64,000 nucleotides of DNA from Streptosporangiaceae bacterium (GTDB lineage Bacteria > Actinomycetota > Actinomycetes > Streptosporangiales > Streptosporangiaceae): the NCBI GenBank assembly GCA_036501145.1, contig DASYAV010000155.1, forward strand, positions 6,164 through 70,163, written 5' to 3'. Made by a program: the position numbers and the translations under genes. Of this stretch, positions 11,928 to 21,617 are shown one piece after another. Under the pieces are notes generated by a model, which was not told the DNA's origin, made no database searches, and saw only the letters and a program-made list of their open reading frames with translations. Position 1 is the stretch's first letter. The number at the start of each line of letters is the position of its first letter.

Positions 11928-12806
11928 ATGAACACTGAGCGTGCCGCCGGGCCGACCGGCACCGAGCCTCTTGCCGCCGGGCCAGCCGGCGCCGAGCCGT
12001 TCGCGGCCGCCGCGGCGAGTGCGCGGCGGCTGGCCGCCGGAACCGGTGTGGAGCGGCACGACGTGGCCGTGGTGCTCGGCTCCGGCTGGACCCCGGCGGC
12101 GGCAGCGATCGGGCCGGTCACCGCGGAGGTGCCGGTGACCAGCCTGGGTGGTTTCCCGGCTCCGACCGTGGCCGGGCATGCCGGGCTGGTCCGCTCCGTG
12201 CGGGCGGGCAGCGTGGCGGTGCTGGTGTTCCTCGGCCGCGCGCACCTGTACGAGGGGCACTCACCGGCCACCGTGGTGCACGGCGTGCGTACGGCGATCG
12301 CCGCGGGCTGCCGGGTTATCGTGCTGACCAACGCGGCCGGCGGGATCAGCGGATACCCGGTCGGCCAGCCGGTCCTGCTCAGCGACCACCTGAACCTGAC
12401 CGGCCGGTCGCCCCTGGCCGGCCCGCCCCCGCCCGAGGGGTACCCGGGCCGGTTCGCCGACCTCACCGAGACCTATTCGCAGCGGCTGCGCGGCCTGGCC
12501 ATGAAGGCGGACTCGCAGCTTCCGGACGGCGTCTACGCCGGGCTGCCCGGCCCGCACTATGAGACGCCCGCCGAGATCCACATGCTGCAGAAGCTTGGCG
12601 CCGACATGGTCGGCATGTCCACCGTGCTGGAGGCGATCGCCGCGCGCCACCTGGGCGCCGAGGTACTGGGCATCTCGCTGGTCACCAACCCCGCGGCCGG
12701 CCTCGGCGCCGGGACGCTGGACCATGCCGAGGTGGTGTCCGCGGGCCAGGCCGCCGCGGGGCGGATGGGTGACCTGCTGGCCGCGATCCTGCCACGGGCC
12801 TGCTGA
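11928..12806 (+). CDS. punA: purine nucleoside phosphorylase
   Basis: 292 aa. VVLGSGW and [17 protein letters not shown]...SLVTNPAAG motifs of the PNP/MTAP family. Confidence 0.9.
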   Translation: MNTERAAGPTGTEPLAAGPAGAEPFAAAAASARRLAAGTGVERHDVAVVLGSGWTPAAAAIGPVTAEVPVTSLGGFPAPTVAGHAGLVRSVRAGSVAVLVFLGRAHLYEGHSPATVVHGVRTAIAAGCRVIVLTNAAGGISGYPVGQPVLLSDHLNLTGRSPLAGPPPPEGYPGRFADLTETYSQRLRGLAMKADSQLPDGVYAGLPGPHYETPAEIHMLQKLGADMVGMSTVLEAIAARHLGAEVLGISLVTNPAAGLGAGTLDHAEVVSAGQAAAGRMGDLLAAILPRAC

Positions 12807-12807
12807 C

Positions 12808-14730
12808 ATGGCGGCTGAGACGGCGGCTGGCACGCCTGCTGACGGGGCCGCGATGCTGCCCGGCGAACTCCGGGCCAGGGTACAGGCGTGGATCGGCGAC
12901 GATCCCGACCCGGACGACCGGGATGAGCTGCGCAAGCTGCTGGCCGATGGCGGGGAGGCGGCCGTGGCGGAACTGGCGGGCCGGTTCGGTGGCAGGCTGG
13001 AGTTCGGCACCGCGGGGCTGCGCGGCGCGGTCGCGGCCGGCCCTGCCAGGATGAACCGGGCGGTCGTCCGCGGCGCCACGGCGGCGCTGGCCGGCTGGCT
13101 GGCCGCCCGGGTGCCCGGCGCCGCGCAGGCCGGGGTGGTCATCGGCGCCGACGCCAGGCACCGCTCCGCCGAGTTCGCCGACGAGGCGGCCCAAGTGCTC
13201 GCCGGGGCGGGGTTCCGTGTGCACCTGCTGCCCCGCCCGGGCCCGACGCCGCTGCTGGCGTTCTCGGTGCGGCGGCTGCCCGCGGCGGCCGGCGTCATGA
13301 TCACCGCGAGCCACAACCCGGCCGCGGACAACGGCTACAAGCTGTACCTCGCCGACGGGGCCCAGATCATCCCGCCTGCCGACGCCGAGATCGAGGCCGC
13401 GATCCGCGCCCTCGGCCCGCTGGCCGCCGTGCCGGTGGCGCCGCTGGACAGCCCGCTGATCACCAGGCACGGCGCCGAGCCGGCCGGCGCCTACCTGGAC
13501 GCGGTGACCGCCCTGCCAGGTACCAGCCCGCCCGGAGCCCCGGTACCCGGAGCGGAGGTATCCGGAGCTGAGGCCCCGGCGGGAACGGCCGCGGGGGTGC
13601 CACTGCGGGTCGTCTACACCGCCATGCACGGGGTGGCCGGCCCGCTCATGCTGGCGGCCATCGGCCGGGCGGGCTTCCCCGCCCCGCACGTGGTCGCCGC
13701 CCAGGCCGACCCGGACCCGGACTTCCGCACGGTGGCCTTCCCGAACCCGGAAGAGCCCGGCGCCCTCGACCTTGCGCTCGTCGAGGCGCGGCGGCTCGGC
13801 GCGGACCTGGTACTGGCCAGCGACCCGGACGGGGACCGGCTCGCGGTCGCGGTTCCGGATCCGGCGGCCAGCGGGGGCTGGCGGCGGCTGACCGGTGACC
13901 AGCTGGGCGCTCTGCTCGGCGGTTACCTGCTGAGTCAGACCGGTGGGCGGCCGGGTGCGGCGGAGCGCCTGGTGGCGACCACGGTTGTGTCCTCGACCCT
14001 GCTGTCGAAGATCGCCGCGGCGGCCGGCGCCCGGTACGCCGAGACCCTCACCGGCTTCAAGTGGATCGTCCGGGCTGGTGAGGGGGGCAGGCCAAGCGAA
14101 AGCGTCAGGCCAAGCGAGAGCGTCGGGGCAGGCGGGCGGGTGCCGGGCAGCCGGTTCCTGTTCGGCTACGAGGAGGCGCTCGGCTACGCCGTGGGCGAGG
14201 CGGTGCGGGACAAGGACGGCATCGGCGCGGCGCTGGCCGTGCTCGGCCTGGCCACCCGCGAGCGGCAGGCCGGGCGGTCCCTGCTGGACGCCTACGACGG
14301 CCTGGAGACCGCGCACGGCGTGCACCTGACCGCACAGCTGACCCTGCGCACCGCGGCGCCGGGCCAGATCATGGCGGCCCTGCGCGCCACTCCCCCTGAC
14401 CGCTTCGGCGGCGAGGCTGTGCTGCGCGCCGAGGACCTGGCCAAGGCCGGCCGGGAACACCGCGCCGAGGACCTGGCCCGGGCCGGCCGCGAGCACCCTG
14501 CCGGGGATGCGATTGGCGGCGCCGGTGGCCTGCCGCCCGCCGATGTGCTGGTATACCGGCTGGCCGGGGCCAGGGTCGTGGTGCGGCCGAGCGGCACCGA
14601 GCCCAAGCTGAAGGTGTACTTCGAGGTGGTCGAGCCGGCCGGGGCCGGACTGGCGCGGGCCCGCGCGGACGCCGCGACCAGGCTGGACGCGCTGCGAGCC
14701 GCGGCCGGCCAGCTGGTTCAGCCGGGCTAG
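12808..14730 (+). CDS. phospho-sugar mutase (phosphopentomutase/phosphomannomutase family)
   Basis: ATG 12808, one nt after the punA stop. Catalytic-serine loop MITASHNPAADNGYK. Carries two in-frame tandem duplications. Confidence 0.85.
   Translation: MAAETAAGTPADGAAMLPGELRARVQAWIGDDPDPDDRDELRKLLADGGEAAVAELAGRFGGRLEFGTAGLRGAVAAGPARMNRAVVRGATAALAGWLAARVPGAAQAGVVIGADARHRSAEFADEAAQVLAGAGFRVHLLPRPGPTPLLAFSVRRLPAAAGVMITASHNPAADNGYKLYLADGAQIIPPADAEIEAAIRALGPLAAVPVAPLDSPLITRHGAEPAGAYLDAVTALPGTSPPGAPVPGAEVSGAEAPAGTAAGVPLRVVYTAMHGVAGPLMLAAIGRAGFPAPHVVAAQADPDPDFRTVAFPNPEEPGALDLALVEARRLGADLVLASDPDGDRLAVAVPDPAASGGWRRLTGDQLGALLGGYLLSQTGGRPGAAERLVATTVVSSTLLSKIAAAAGARYAETLTGFKWIVRAGEGGRPSESVRPSESVGAGGRVPGSRFLFGYEEALGYAVGEAVRDKDGIGAALAVLGLATRERQAGRSLLDAYDGLETAHGVHLTAQLTLRTAAPGQIMAALRATPPDRFGGEAVLRAEDLAKAGREHRAEDLARAGREHPAGDAIGGAGGLPPADVLVYRLAGARVVVRPSGTEPKLKVYFEVVEPAGAGLARARADAATRLDALRAAAGQLVQPG
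14088..14123 (+). repeat. 18-bp tandem duplication in the mutase gene (RPSESV x2)
   Basis: caggccaagcgaaagcgt / caggccaagcgagagcgt. Confidence 0.9.
14425..14496 (+). repeat. 36-bp tandem duplication in the mutase gene (RAEDLAKAGREH / RAEDLARAGREH)
   Basis: Two adjacent 36-nt units differing at a few positions. Confidence 0.9.
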
Positions 14731-14810
14731 CGGCGGTCACCGCCGGGACGGTCACTGCCAGGACGGTCACCGCCGGACTGGGGCGCCCGCCCGGCAGCGG
14801 CTCAGCCGGG

Positions 14811-15863
14811 CTACCCGGTCACCCCGAGTTCGGCGGCCAGGCCGGCCAGTTCGCGGAGCGTGCCGTCGGCCACGGCCAGCGGGGCGGCCGGGTCCAGGTC
14901 CGCGGGCAGGGTGCGCGCGGCTCCGGGCAGCCTGCCGCCCCGGCCGGTCACCCCGGCGGCCAGCCGGTCCAGCCGGGCCTGTGCGTCGCCGGGCTGCGGG
15001 CCGAACCGGGCCGGATCCAGGGTGATCAGCAGGTGCCCGATGCCCTGCGGCTGGGCCGTGGTGTCGGCGGCGAACATGTCGGCTACCTCGGTGGACAGCC
15101 GGGGGCCGGCCAGCCCGGCGGCGAGCGCCTCCACGATCAGCGCCAGCGCGAAGCCTTTCGCCCCGCCGAGCGGGCTGAGCATCCCGGCCAGGGCGGCGTG
15201 CGCATCGGTGGTGGGCTCTCCCTGCGCGTCCAGCGCCCAGCCGGCCGGCAACGGCTCATCCCGCTGGGCCAGTGCCGCGATCTTGCCACGGGCCACGGTG
15301 CTTGTCGCCATGTCGACGATGACCGGGTGCCCGGCCGCCGGGATGCCGGCCGCGAGCGGCGACGTGGACAGCATCGGCTGGCTGGTCCCCCACGGCGGCA
15401 TCACCGCGGGCCCGTTGGAGAAGACCAGGGTCAGGCATCCGGCTTCCAGGCCGGGCAGGGTGTAGACGCCGAGGGCGCCGCAGTGCCCGGAGTTCGCCAC
15501 GCTCACCGCCGCGATGCCGTACTGCGCGCAGCGTGCGGCGGCCTCCTGGCCCGCCTGCCACAGCTGCCAGTGCCCGAGGCCGCCGCCGCCGTCCAGGGCG
15601 AGCAGCGGGCCGGTGTCGGTGACGGTGACCAGCCCGGCCTGCGGCGGATAGCCGCCCGCCAGCATCCGGCGCAGGTAGTAGGGCAGCCGCAGCAGCCCGT
15701 GGCTGCCCACCCCCCACACGTCGGCCAGCACGATGCACAGCGCGGAGGTCTCAGCCCGGTCCGCGGCCAGCCCGGCCGCCGCCAGCAGCCGGGCCGCCAG
15801 CCGCCGGGCGCCAGCAACGGTAAGCCCGTCACCGGTGGGGAGGCCGACAGTTTCCCCGGTCAC
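14811..15863 (-). CDS. Ldh_2-family (malate/L-lactate/sulfolactate dehydrogenase type 2) oxidoreductase
   Basis: 350 aa. GSHGLLRLPYY, VANSGHCGALG, STSPLAAGIP, DMATSTVARGKI and GGAKGFALA motifs typical of PF02615-type enzymes. Confidence 0.8.
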   Translation of the reverse strand: MTGETVGLPTGDGLTVAGARRLAARLLAAAGLAADRAETSALCIVLADVWGVGSHGLLRLPYYLRRMLAGGYPPQAGLVTVTDTGPLLALDGGGGLGHWQLWQAGQEAAARCAQYGIAAVSVANSGHCGALGVYTLPGLEAGCLTLVFSNGPAVMPPWGTSQPMLSTSPLAAGIPAAGHPVIVDMATSTVARGKIAALAQRDEPLPAGWALDAQGEPTTDAHAALAGMLSPLGGAKGFALALIVEALAAGLAGPRLSTEVADMFAADTTAQPQGIGHLLITLDPARFGPQPGDAQARLDRLAAGVTGRGGRLPGAARTLPADLDPAAPLAVADGTLRELAGLAAELGVTG

Positions 15864-16894
15864 GGCGCTGCCACCGGGACGGTGACCGCGTTGGACGGGC
15901 TGCCCCCGTCAAGCACGGCCGCGATGTCGGCCGCGAGCACCTGCAGGATCCGCTGCTGGCTCTGCTCGGTCATCCCGGCCACGTGCGGGGTCAGGACCAC
16001 GTTGTCCAGCCGTTCCAGGACCCCGGGGTGCGGCGGCTCCTGCTCCCGCACGTCCAGGCCGGCCCCGCCGAGGTGGCCGGACTCCAGCACCGCGGCCAGG
16101 GCTTCCTCGTCCACGACCGATCCCCGGCCGACGTTGATGAACAGCGCTCCCCGGCGCATCCGGGCCAGCAGGTCCGCGTCCACGAAGTGGCGGGTGCCCG
16201 CGGTGGCAGGCAGGTGGCAGGACAGGATCTCGGCCTCGCCGAGGACTCCGTCGAGTGACGCGAGCCGGATCCCGGCCGCGGCCAGTTCCGTGTCGCGGCC
16301 GCCGGCGAAGGGATCATAGGCGAGCACCCGAGCGCCGACCGCCGTGGCCAGCCGGCCGCAGGCCAGCCCGGTCGCGCCCGCGCCGAGCAGCCCCCAGACG
16401 GCGCCGCTGAGCTCCCGGCCCGGCACCCGGTCCCAGCCGCCGGACCGGCACTCGCGGTCCAGCGGCACCAGCCGCCGGGCCAGCGCCAGGGCCAGGCCAA
16501 GTGTGTGCTCGGCCACGCTGACCGCGTTGGCGCCCAGCGGCGCGATCACCGCCACTCCCCTGGCCTGCGCCGCGGCGACGTCGATGTTGTCCAGCCCGAC
16601 CCCGGCGCGGGCGACGACCCGCAGCCGCGGGCATGCCTCCAGCAGCCCCCGGTCGACCTGGCTGCGGTTGCGCACCACCAGGGCACGGGCCCGGCTGGCG
16701 GCCGCGGCCAGCCCGGCCGGGCTCTGCCACGCGGAAGGCTCCCGCAGCACCGACCGGCTCCGGGCCAGTTCCTCCAGCGGCGGGCCCCAGATGTCTTCGG
16801 TGATGGCCACGTCCACCGGTCCCGGCGGCCCCGCTGCCTGCCCGGCTCGCTGTGCCGGCCCTGGCTCGCGCTGGCCGGGCTCGGCCTGCATCAA
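15860..16894 (-). CDS. D-isomer-specific 2-hydroxyacid dehydrogenase (PGDH/glycerate dehydrogenase-like)
   Basis: GLLGAGATGLACG NAD fold, INVGRGSVVDEEAL, LDV...EPP...TPHVAG. 4-nt overlaps at both ends. Confidence 0.85.
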   Translation of the reverse strand: MMQAEPGQREPGPAQRAGQAAGPPGPVDVAITEDIWGPPLEELARSRSVLREPSAWQSPAGLAAAASRARALVVRNRSQVDRGLLEACPRLRVVARAGVGLDNIDVAAAQARGVAVIAPLGANAVSVAEHTLGLALALARRLVPLDRECRSGGWDRVPGRELSGAVWGLLGAGATGLACGRLATAVGARVLAYDPFAGGRDTELAAAGIRLASLDGVLGEAEILSCHLPATAGTRHFVDADLLARMRRGALFINVGRGSVVDEEALAAVLESGHLGGAGLDVREQEPPHPGVLERLDNVVLTPHVAGMTEQSQQRILQVLAADIAAVLDGGSPSNAVTVPVAAP

Positions 16895-18051
16895 GCGCTC
16901 TGGTACAGCCGGGTGAGCACGAACTCCCGGTGCCCGATGGCCTCGGCGCAGGTGATCCTGCCGTTGACGGTGCGGTCGCAGAGGTCCATCAGCCGGTCGC
17001 CCGCCTCGGCCAGGTCATACTCGCGGCTCAGCAGGCCGGAGCAGTCGAGATCGATGTGCTCGGCCATGGTCTGGGCGGTCAGCGGGTTCGCCGACAGTTT
17101 GATGACCGGTTCGAGCGGGTGCCCGATCACGTTGCCCTGGCCGGTCGGGAACAGGTGCAGCACGGCACCGGCCGAGGCCATCAGCGTGATGCACTCGGCC
17201 GCGGCCGATGAGGTGTCCATGAAGTACAGGCCGGGCCCGGAGGCCGGCACCTCGGCGGCTTCCAGCGCTCCGATCACCGGCTTGCTGCCGGTCTTGGCGA
17301 TGTTGCCCATCGCCTTCTCCTCGATGGTGGACAGGCCGCCGCGGATGTTGCCCTGGGTGGGCTGCGAACCGAGCATGTCCGCCCCGGCCCGGGCGATCAT
17401 CTCCATGTAGCTGTCGTAGATGCCCTGGAACTTCTGCCGGATCTCGTCGCTGGCGCACCGCTGCGCGATCAGGTGCTCCCCGCCGGTCAGTTCGCTCGTC
17501 TCGCCGAACAGCACGGTGCCGCCGGCCTCTACCCAGCGGTCCACCGCCTGCGAGGTGGTGGGGCACGAGCCGAGCCCGCTGGTGGTGTCGGACTCCCCGC
17601 ACTTGATCGACAGCATGATCTCGCTGCGGTCCACGGGCTCCCGGGTCCGCTCGGAGTCGTCCTGCAGGAACTGCGCCGCCACCCGGGCCGCGCGCTCGAT
17701 CGTGCGCAGGTCGCCGTGCCGCTCGATGGAGAAGCCCACCACCCGCTGGCCGGTCTTGGCGATGTCGTTCACCAGCCGGTCGGTCCAGTTCGGCTCGATG
17801 CCGATGACGATGGCCGAGGCGACGTTCGGGTTGGCCGCGTTGCCCGCCAGCGTGCGGAAGGTGAGGTCGAGGTCGGCGCCGAACTGGAGCCGGCCGTAGG
17901 CGTGCGGGAGCGCCAGCGTGCCCGGGACCAGCCTGGCGACGGCCTCGGCGGCGGCGTTCGACAGGTCGTCGACCGGCAGGATGACGGTGTGGTTCCTGAT
18001 CCCGACCGCGCCGTTCTCCCGGCGGAACCCGGTCAGCGTGCGCTGGTTCAC
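16891..18051 (-). CDS. UxaA/GarD-family dehydratase, large subunit (SuyB-like architecture)
   Basis: 386 aa. N-terminus GFRRENGAVGIRNHTVILP. Altronate-dehydratase C-terminal domain features. Confidence 0.85.
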   Translation of the reverse strand: MNQRTLTGFRRENGAVGIRNHTVILPVDDLSNAAAEAVARLVPGTLALPHAYGRLQFGADLDLTFRTLAGNAANPNVASAIVIGIEPNWTDRLVNDIAKTGQRVVGFSIERHGDLRTIERAARVAAQFLQDDSERTREPVDRSEIMLSIKCGESDTTSGLGSCPTTSQAVDRWVEAGGTVLFGETSELTGGEHLIAQRCASDEIRQKFQGIYDSYMEMIARAGADMLGSQPTQGNIRGGLSTIEEKAMGNIAKTGSKPVIGALEAAEVPASGPGLYFMDTSSAAAECITLMASAGAVLHLFPTGQGNVIGHPLEPVIKLSANPLTAQTMAEHIDLDCSGLLSREYDLAEAGDRLMDLCDRTVNGRITCAEAIGHREFVLTRLYQSA

Positions 18052-18332
18052 AGGCGGGCGCTCCTCACGTTGTGGACGTGCACGTGCTCGCCGGTGGCGA
18101 TGTCCTTGCTGGCGATGGCCACCCGCTGCCCGTACTCGATGACGTCCTGCCCCGCGGCGATGTCGGTGAGGGCCAGCTTGTGGCCGAGCGGCACCGGCTC
18201 GGTCAGCCGCACGCTGAGCGTGTCCGTGCCGCTCAGGTAGCTGCCCTGTACCGGTCCTGGGTCGAGGTCCCGCACCGCGACACCGACAAGGTCACCCTTC
18301 CGGTGGGCCAGGAACCCGGGCGCTTCGGGCAT
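18048..18332 (-). CDS. SAF-domain small subunit of UxaA-family dehydratase (SuyA-like architecture)
   Basis: 94 aa, AGGAGAA RBS. Ends GEHVHVHNVRSARL as UxaA N-terminal domains do. 4-nt overlap with the large subunit. Confidence 0.8.
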   Translation of the reverse strand: MPEAPGFLAHRKGDLVGVAVRDLDPGPVQGSYLSGTDTLSVRLTEPVPLGHKLALTDIAAGQDVIEYGQRVAIASKDIATGEHVHVHNVRSARL

Positions 18333-18370
18333 CAGCTTCTCCTGTTTTGTGGGTAGAGCGTCCTGTGGAT

Positions 18371-18386
18371 AGAGGTCTTACCACTG
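18371..18386. promoter_or_regulatory. predicted FadR/GntR-type operator, site 1 (AGAGGTCTTACCACTG), upstream of the SAF/UxaA operon
   Basis: 39 nt upstream of start 18332. Its reverse complement CAGTGGTAAGACCTCT matches the 16-bp consensus. A TATCCT -10-like hexamer sits 6 nt upstream in gene sense. Confidence 0.6.
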
Positions 18387-18497
18387 TGCTGGAGGATAGC
18401 GCAGGCCAGTTCGGCCCGGCAAGGCGGGGCCGGCTCCCCGGGTGGCCGTAATCCGGCAGGTCTGGTGCCCGCGCGCCGCGCGGCTGCCGCGGCCTTC

Positions 18498-19664
18498 TCA
18501 CCACTCGGCCAGCCGCCCGTCACCGAGCCGCCAGACGGGGTCGGGCAGCTCCCAGCCGCTCGCGGCGCCGCGGACAGCCTCCGCGTCGATGCCGATCCCG
18601 AGACCGGGGCCGGCGGGCCGCCGCAGGCTGCCGCCCACCGGGGTGAGCGGGTCCGGGTCGGTCAGGTAGTCGAACATCTCCGCGGCGGGCAGGCCGGCAT
18701 ACCCCCGGTTGTAGTGCAGGCCGAGGCTTTGCTCCTGGATGACCACGTTGCCCGCGCAGCAGCCCACCTGCAGCGAGGCGGCCAGCGCGATCGGGCCGTT
18801 GGGGCAGTGCGGCGCGACGGCCACGTCATAAGCCTCGGCCATCCGGCAGAGCTTCTCCAGGCCGAACAGCCCGGTGAAGCAGACATCGGGCTGGATGATA
18901 TCGACGGCACGGCGCTCGAGCAGGCGGGCGAAGCTCTCCCCGGTGAGCAGGCGCTCGCCGGTGGCCAGCGGCGTGGCCCCGGCCACCCTGGCCAGTTCGG
19001 GGAGCAGATCCTCCTGCCCGGGGGGAACCGGCTCTTCCACCCAGAGCAGGCGGAACTGCTCGAGCTCGCGCAGCAGCGCCTTGGCCATGGCGCGGTGCAC
19101 CCGGCCGTGGAAGTCCAGCGCGACATCGACGGTGGTGCCGAACGCGTCCCGCACCGCGCCGACCCTGGCCACCACGGCGTCGATCTTCGCCGGCCGGTCG
19201 AGCAGGTCCAGCTCCGCGGTCGCGTTCATCTTCACCGCGGAGTAGCCCTGCTCGGTGCGGGCTTTGACCTGGCTCACCACGTCATCCGGCCGGTCCCCGG
19301 CCACCCAGGCGTAGACCCGCACGGTGTCCCGCACGGCGCCGCCGAGGAACTCGTGCGCGGCCAGGCCATGCCGCCTGCCCTTGATGTCCCACAGCGCCTG
19401 CTCGATCGCGGCCGCGGCGGTCGCGAGCACGGGGCCGTCGCGGAAGAACCCGCCGCGCCGCATCCGCTGCCACAGATCCTCGATGCGGCTGGCGTCCTGG
19501 CCAATCACGTTGCGCGCCAGGTCGGCCACCGCGCCCTCGACCGCCGCCGCCCGCTTCGGCACGATGGCCTCGCCCCAGCCGGTCAGCCCGTCGTCGGTCC
19601 GCACCTCGGCGAAAATCCACCGCGGCGGCACCCGGTGCGTCGTCACCGACGCGATGGTGCCCAT
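18498..19664 (-). CDS. enolase-superfamily sugar-acid dehydratase, D-galactonate dehydratase (DgoD)-like
   Basis: 388 aa. N-terminus VTTHRVPPRWIFAEVRTDDGLTGWGEA...IEQALWDIKG matches my recollection of the DgoD N-terminus (from memory; I ran no alignment). Confidence 0.85.
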   Translation of the reverse strand: MGTIASVTTHRVPPRWIFAEVRTDDGLTGWGEAIVPKRAAAVEGAVADLARNVIGQDASRIEDLWQRMRRGGFFRDGPVLATAAAAIEQALWDIKGRRHGLAAHEFLGGAVRDTVRVYAWVAGDRPDDVVSQVKARTEQGYSAVKMNATAELDLLDRPAKIDAVVARVGAVRDAFGTTVDVALDFHGRVHRAMAKALLRELEQFRLLWVEEPVPPGQEDLLPELARVAGATPLATGERLLTGESFARLLERRAVDIIQPDVCFTGLFGLEKLCRMAEAYDVAVAPHCPNGPIALAASLQVGCCAGNVVIQEQSLGLHYNRGYAGLPAAEMFDYLTDPDPLTPVGGSLRRPAGPGLGIGIDAEAVRGAASGWELPDPVWRLGDGRLAEW

Positions 19665-20755
19665 CAGTGGAGCGCGCGGCCGGAGTCCGGGTCGAACACG
19701 TGCAGGCGGGCCGGATCCAGGGTGAATGCGATCTTCTCGCCGACGCCGACCTTGTGCTCCCGGGCCATCTTGGCCGTCACGATCGCGTCGCCCACCTTGA
19801 CGATGACGTGCTGCTCGGAGCCGAGCGGCTCGATCACCTCGACGCTCCCCTCGACCGCCGCCGCGCCTGACGGGGCCGCGGCGGACAGCTTCAGGTGCTC
19901 GGGCCGGATCCCGGCGACGGCCCGCTTGGCGCCGGCAGGCAGCGCCGCGGCGACCTCCCGCGGCAGCCGGAGGCTGACGCCGGTGCCGCGCAGTTCGGCC
20001 GCGGAGTCCGCCGGGACCACCTCGCAGTCGAGGAATCCCATCGGGGGAGTGCCGATGAAGCTGGCGACGAACCTGTTGACGGGCTTGTCGTAGAGCTCAT
20101 CGGGCGTCCCGACCTGCTGCAGCACACCGTCGTGCACCACGGCGATGCGGTCGCCCATCGTCATCGCCTCCACCTGGTCGTGTGTCACGTACACGGCGGT
20201 CGCGGTCACGCTGCGGTGCACCCGGAGGATCTCGGCCCGCATCTGGATCCTGAGGTGGGCGTCCAGGTTGGACAGCGGCTCGTCCAGCAGGAAAACCGCG
20301 GGGTCACGGACGATCGCCCGGCCGAGTGCGACCCGCTGCCGCTGGCCACCGGAAAGCTGACGCGGCTTGCGGTCGAGCAGGTGCTCGATGCCGAGCAGGC
20401 CGGCCGTGTGCCGCACCTGCTGGTCGATGCCGGCCTTCGGCAGGCCGCGCTTGCGCAGCCCGAACGCCATGTTCTGGTAGACGGTCATGTGCGGGTACAG
20501 GCCGTAGTTCTGGAACACCATGGCGATGTCACGCTCGCCCACGTCGACGTCGCTGACCCGCCGGTCACCGAAGTAGATCTCGCCGTCGGTGAGCATCTCC
20601 AGCCCGGCGATGAGGCGCAGCAGGGTCGTCTTGCCCGAGCCGGACGGCCCGACGAGGACGAGGAACTCGTGGTCGGCGATCTCCAGGTCGGTCTCGCGGA
20701 GCGCGTAGGTGTCGCCGTAGCGCTTCGTCACGCCCTTCAGCGCGATGCTGGCCAT
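19664..20755 (-). CDS. sugar ABC transporter ATP-binding protein (MalK/MsiK/UgpC type)
   Basis: ATG 20755 (MASIALKGVTKRYG). Walker A GPSGSGKTT, LSGGQRQRVALGRA. TGATG junction with the SDR gene. Confidence 0.9.
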   Translation of the reverse strand: MASIALKGVTKRYGDTYALRETDLEIADHEFLVLVGPSGSGKTTLLRLIAGLEMLTDGEIYFGDRRVSDVDVGERDIAMVFQNYGLYPHMTVYQNMAFGLRKRGLPKAGIDQQVRHTAGLLGIEHLLDRKPRQLSGGQRQRVALGRAIVRDPAVFLLDEPLSNLDAHLRIQMRAEILRVHRSVTATAVYVTHDQVEAMTMGDRIAVVHDGVLQQVGTPDELYDKPVNRFVASFIGTPPMGFLDCEVVPADSAAELRGTGVSLRLPREVAAALPAGAKRAVAGIRPEHLKLSAAAPSGAAAVEGSVEVIEPLGSEQHVIVKVGDAIVTAKMAREHKVGVGEKIAFTLDPARLHVFDPDSGRALH

Positions 20756-21615
20756 CAGCGTGCCTCCCCGGCCGGTTCGTGCCATAGCTGGCCGCCCACC
20801 CGGGCGGCGAGCGGATCGGGAAACCGGCTGAGTGCCCGGCCGCCGTCCACCCGCAGCACCGCGCCGGTGATGAACGAGGCCTGCGGTGCGGCGAGGAACG
20901 CGACCGCCTCGGCAACCTCAGCCGGTGAGCCGGTCCGGCGCAGCAGCGTGGCCGGCGGCCTGTCCTCGTCCTGGCCGGCGCCGGGCTCCTCGGCGAAGCC
21001 CTTGGTGTCGATGACCCCGGGGGCCACGGCGTTGACCCGCACTCCCAGCGGGGACAGTTCGCCGGCCATCGCCAAGGTCAGGCTGGTCAGCCCGCCCTTG
21101 CTGGCTACGTAGGGCACATGCGTGGCCAGCGGCAGGTCCGCCTGGATGCTGGTGATATTGACGATCGAGCCGGTGCCGCGCGGCACCATGTCCCGGGCGG
21201 CGTCCCGGCCGAGCAGCGCGGCCGCGGCGATGTTGGTGTTCAGCACCGCGGCCAGGTCGGTGGCCGACATGTCCAGGAAGGACACCCGGGGGCCGAGGTA
21301 GGCCGCGTTGTTGACCAGCACGTCGACCCGTCCCCAGCGGCGCAGCACCCGGCCCACCAGCCCCGCGCACTGGCCAAGGTCGGACAGATCGGCCTGCTCG
21401 AAGCAGGCCTGCCCGCCGCGGGCGGATATCCCGTCCGCCGCTGCCTGGCCGGTCACCGGGTCGATGTCCACCAGTGCGACCCGCGCCCGGCCGGCCGCGA
21501 GGCGCTCGGCGACAGCGCGGCCGATGCCGCGCCCCGCGCCGGTGACCAGGGCGACCTGCCCGCTGAAGGGGGCCGTGTCCGCGGCTGCGGCCGGCTCCTG
21601 CGCGACGCCGGGCAC
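20755..21615 (-). CDS. SDR-family oxidoreductase (candidate sugar 1-dehydrogenase)
   Basis: 3' part of fused track ORF 20755..22398. GTG 21615. TGAGRGIG cofactor motif and YVASKGG catalytic YxxxK. Confidence 0.85.
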   Translation of the reverse strand: MPGVAQEPAAAADTAPFSGQVALVTGAGRGIGRAVAERLAAGRARVALVDIDPVTGQAAADGISARGGQACFEQADLSDLGQCAGLVGRVLRRWGRVDVLVNNAAYLGPRVSFLDMSATDLAAVLNTNIAAAALLGRDAARDMVPRGTGSIVNITSIQADLPLATHVPYVASKGGLTSLTLAMAGELSPLGVRVNAVAPGVIDTKGFAEEPGAGQDEDRPPATLLRRTGSPAEVAEAVAFLAAPQASFITGAVLRVDGGRALSRFPDPLAARVGGQLWHEPAGEAR

Positions 21616-21617
21616 CG

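Noticed and set aside
14731-14790. The palindrome CGGCGGT-c-ACCGCCG and the GGACGGTCAC(C/T)GCC direct repeats between the mutase and Ldh_2 genes, considered as an intrinsic terminator.
   Set aside because: The 1-nt loop leaves only a short usable stem, and there is no T-tract. The repeats are real, but a terminator call is not supportable from sequence alone.
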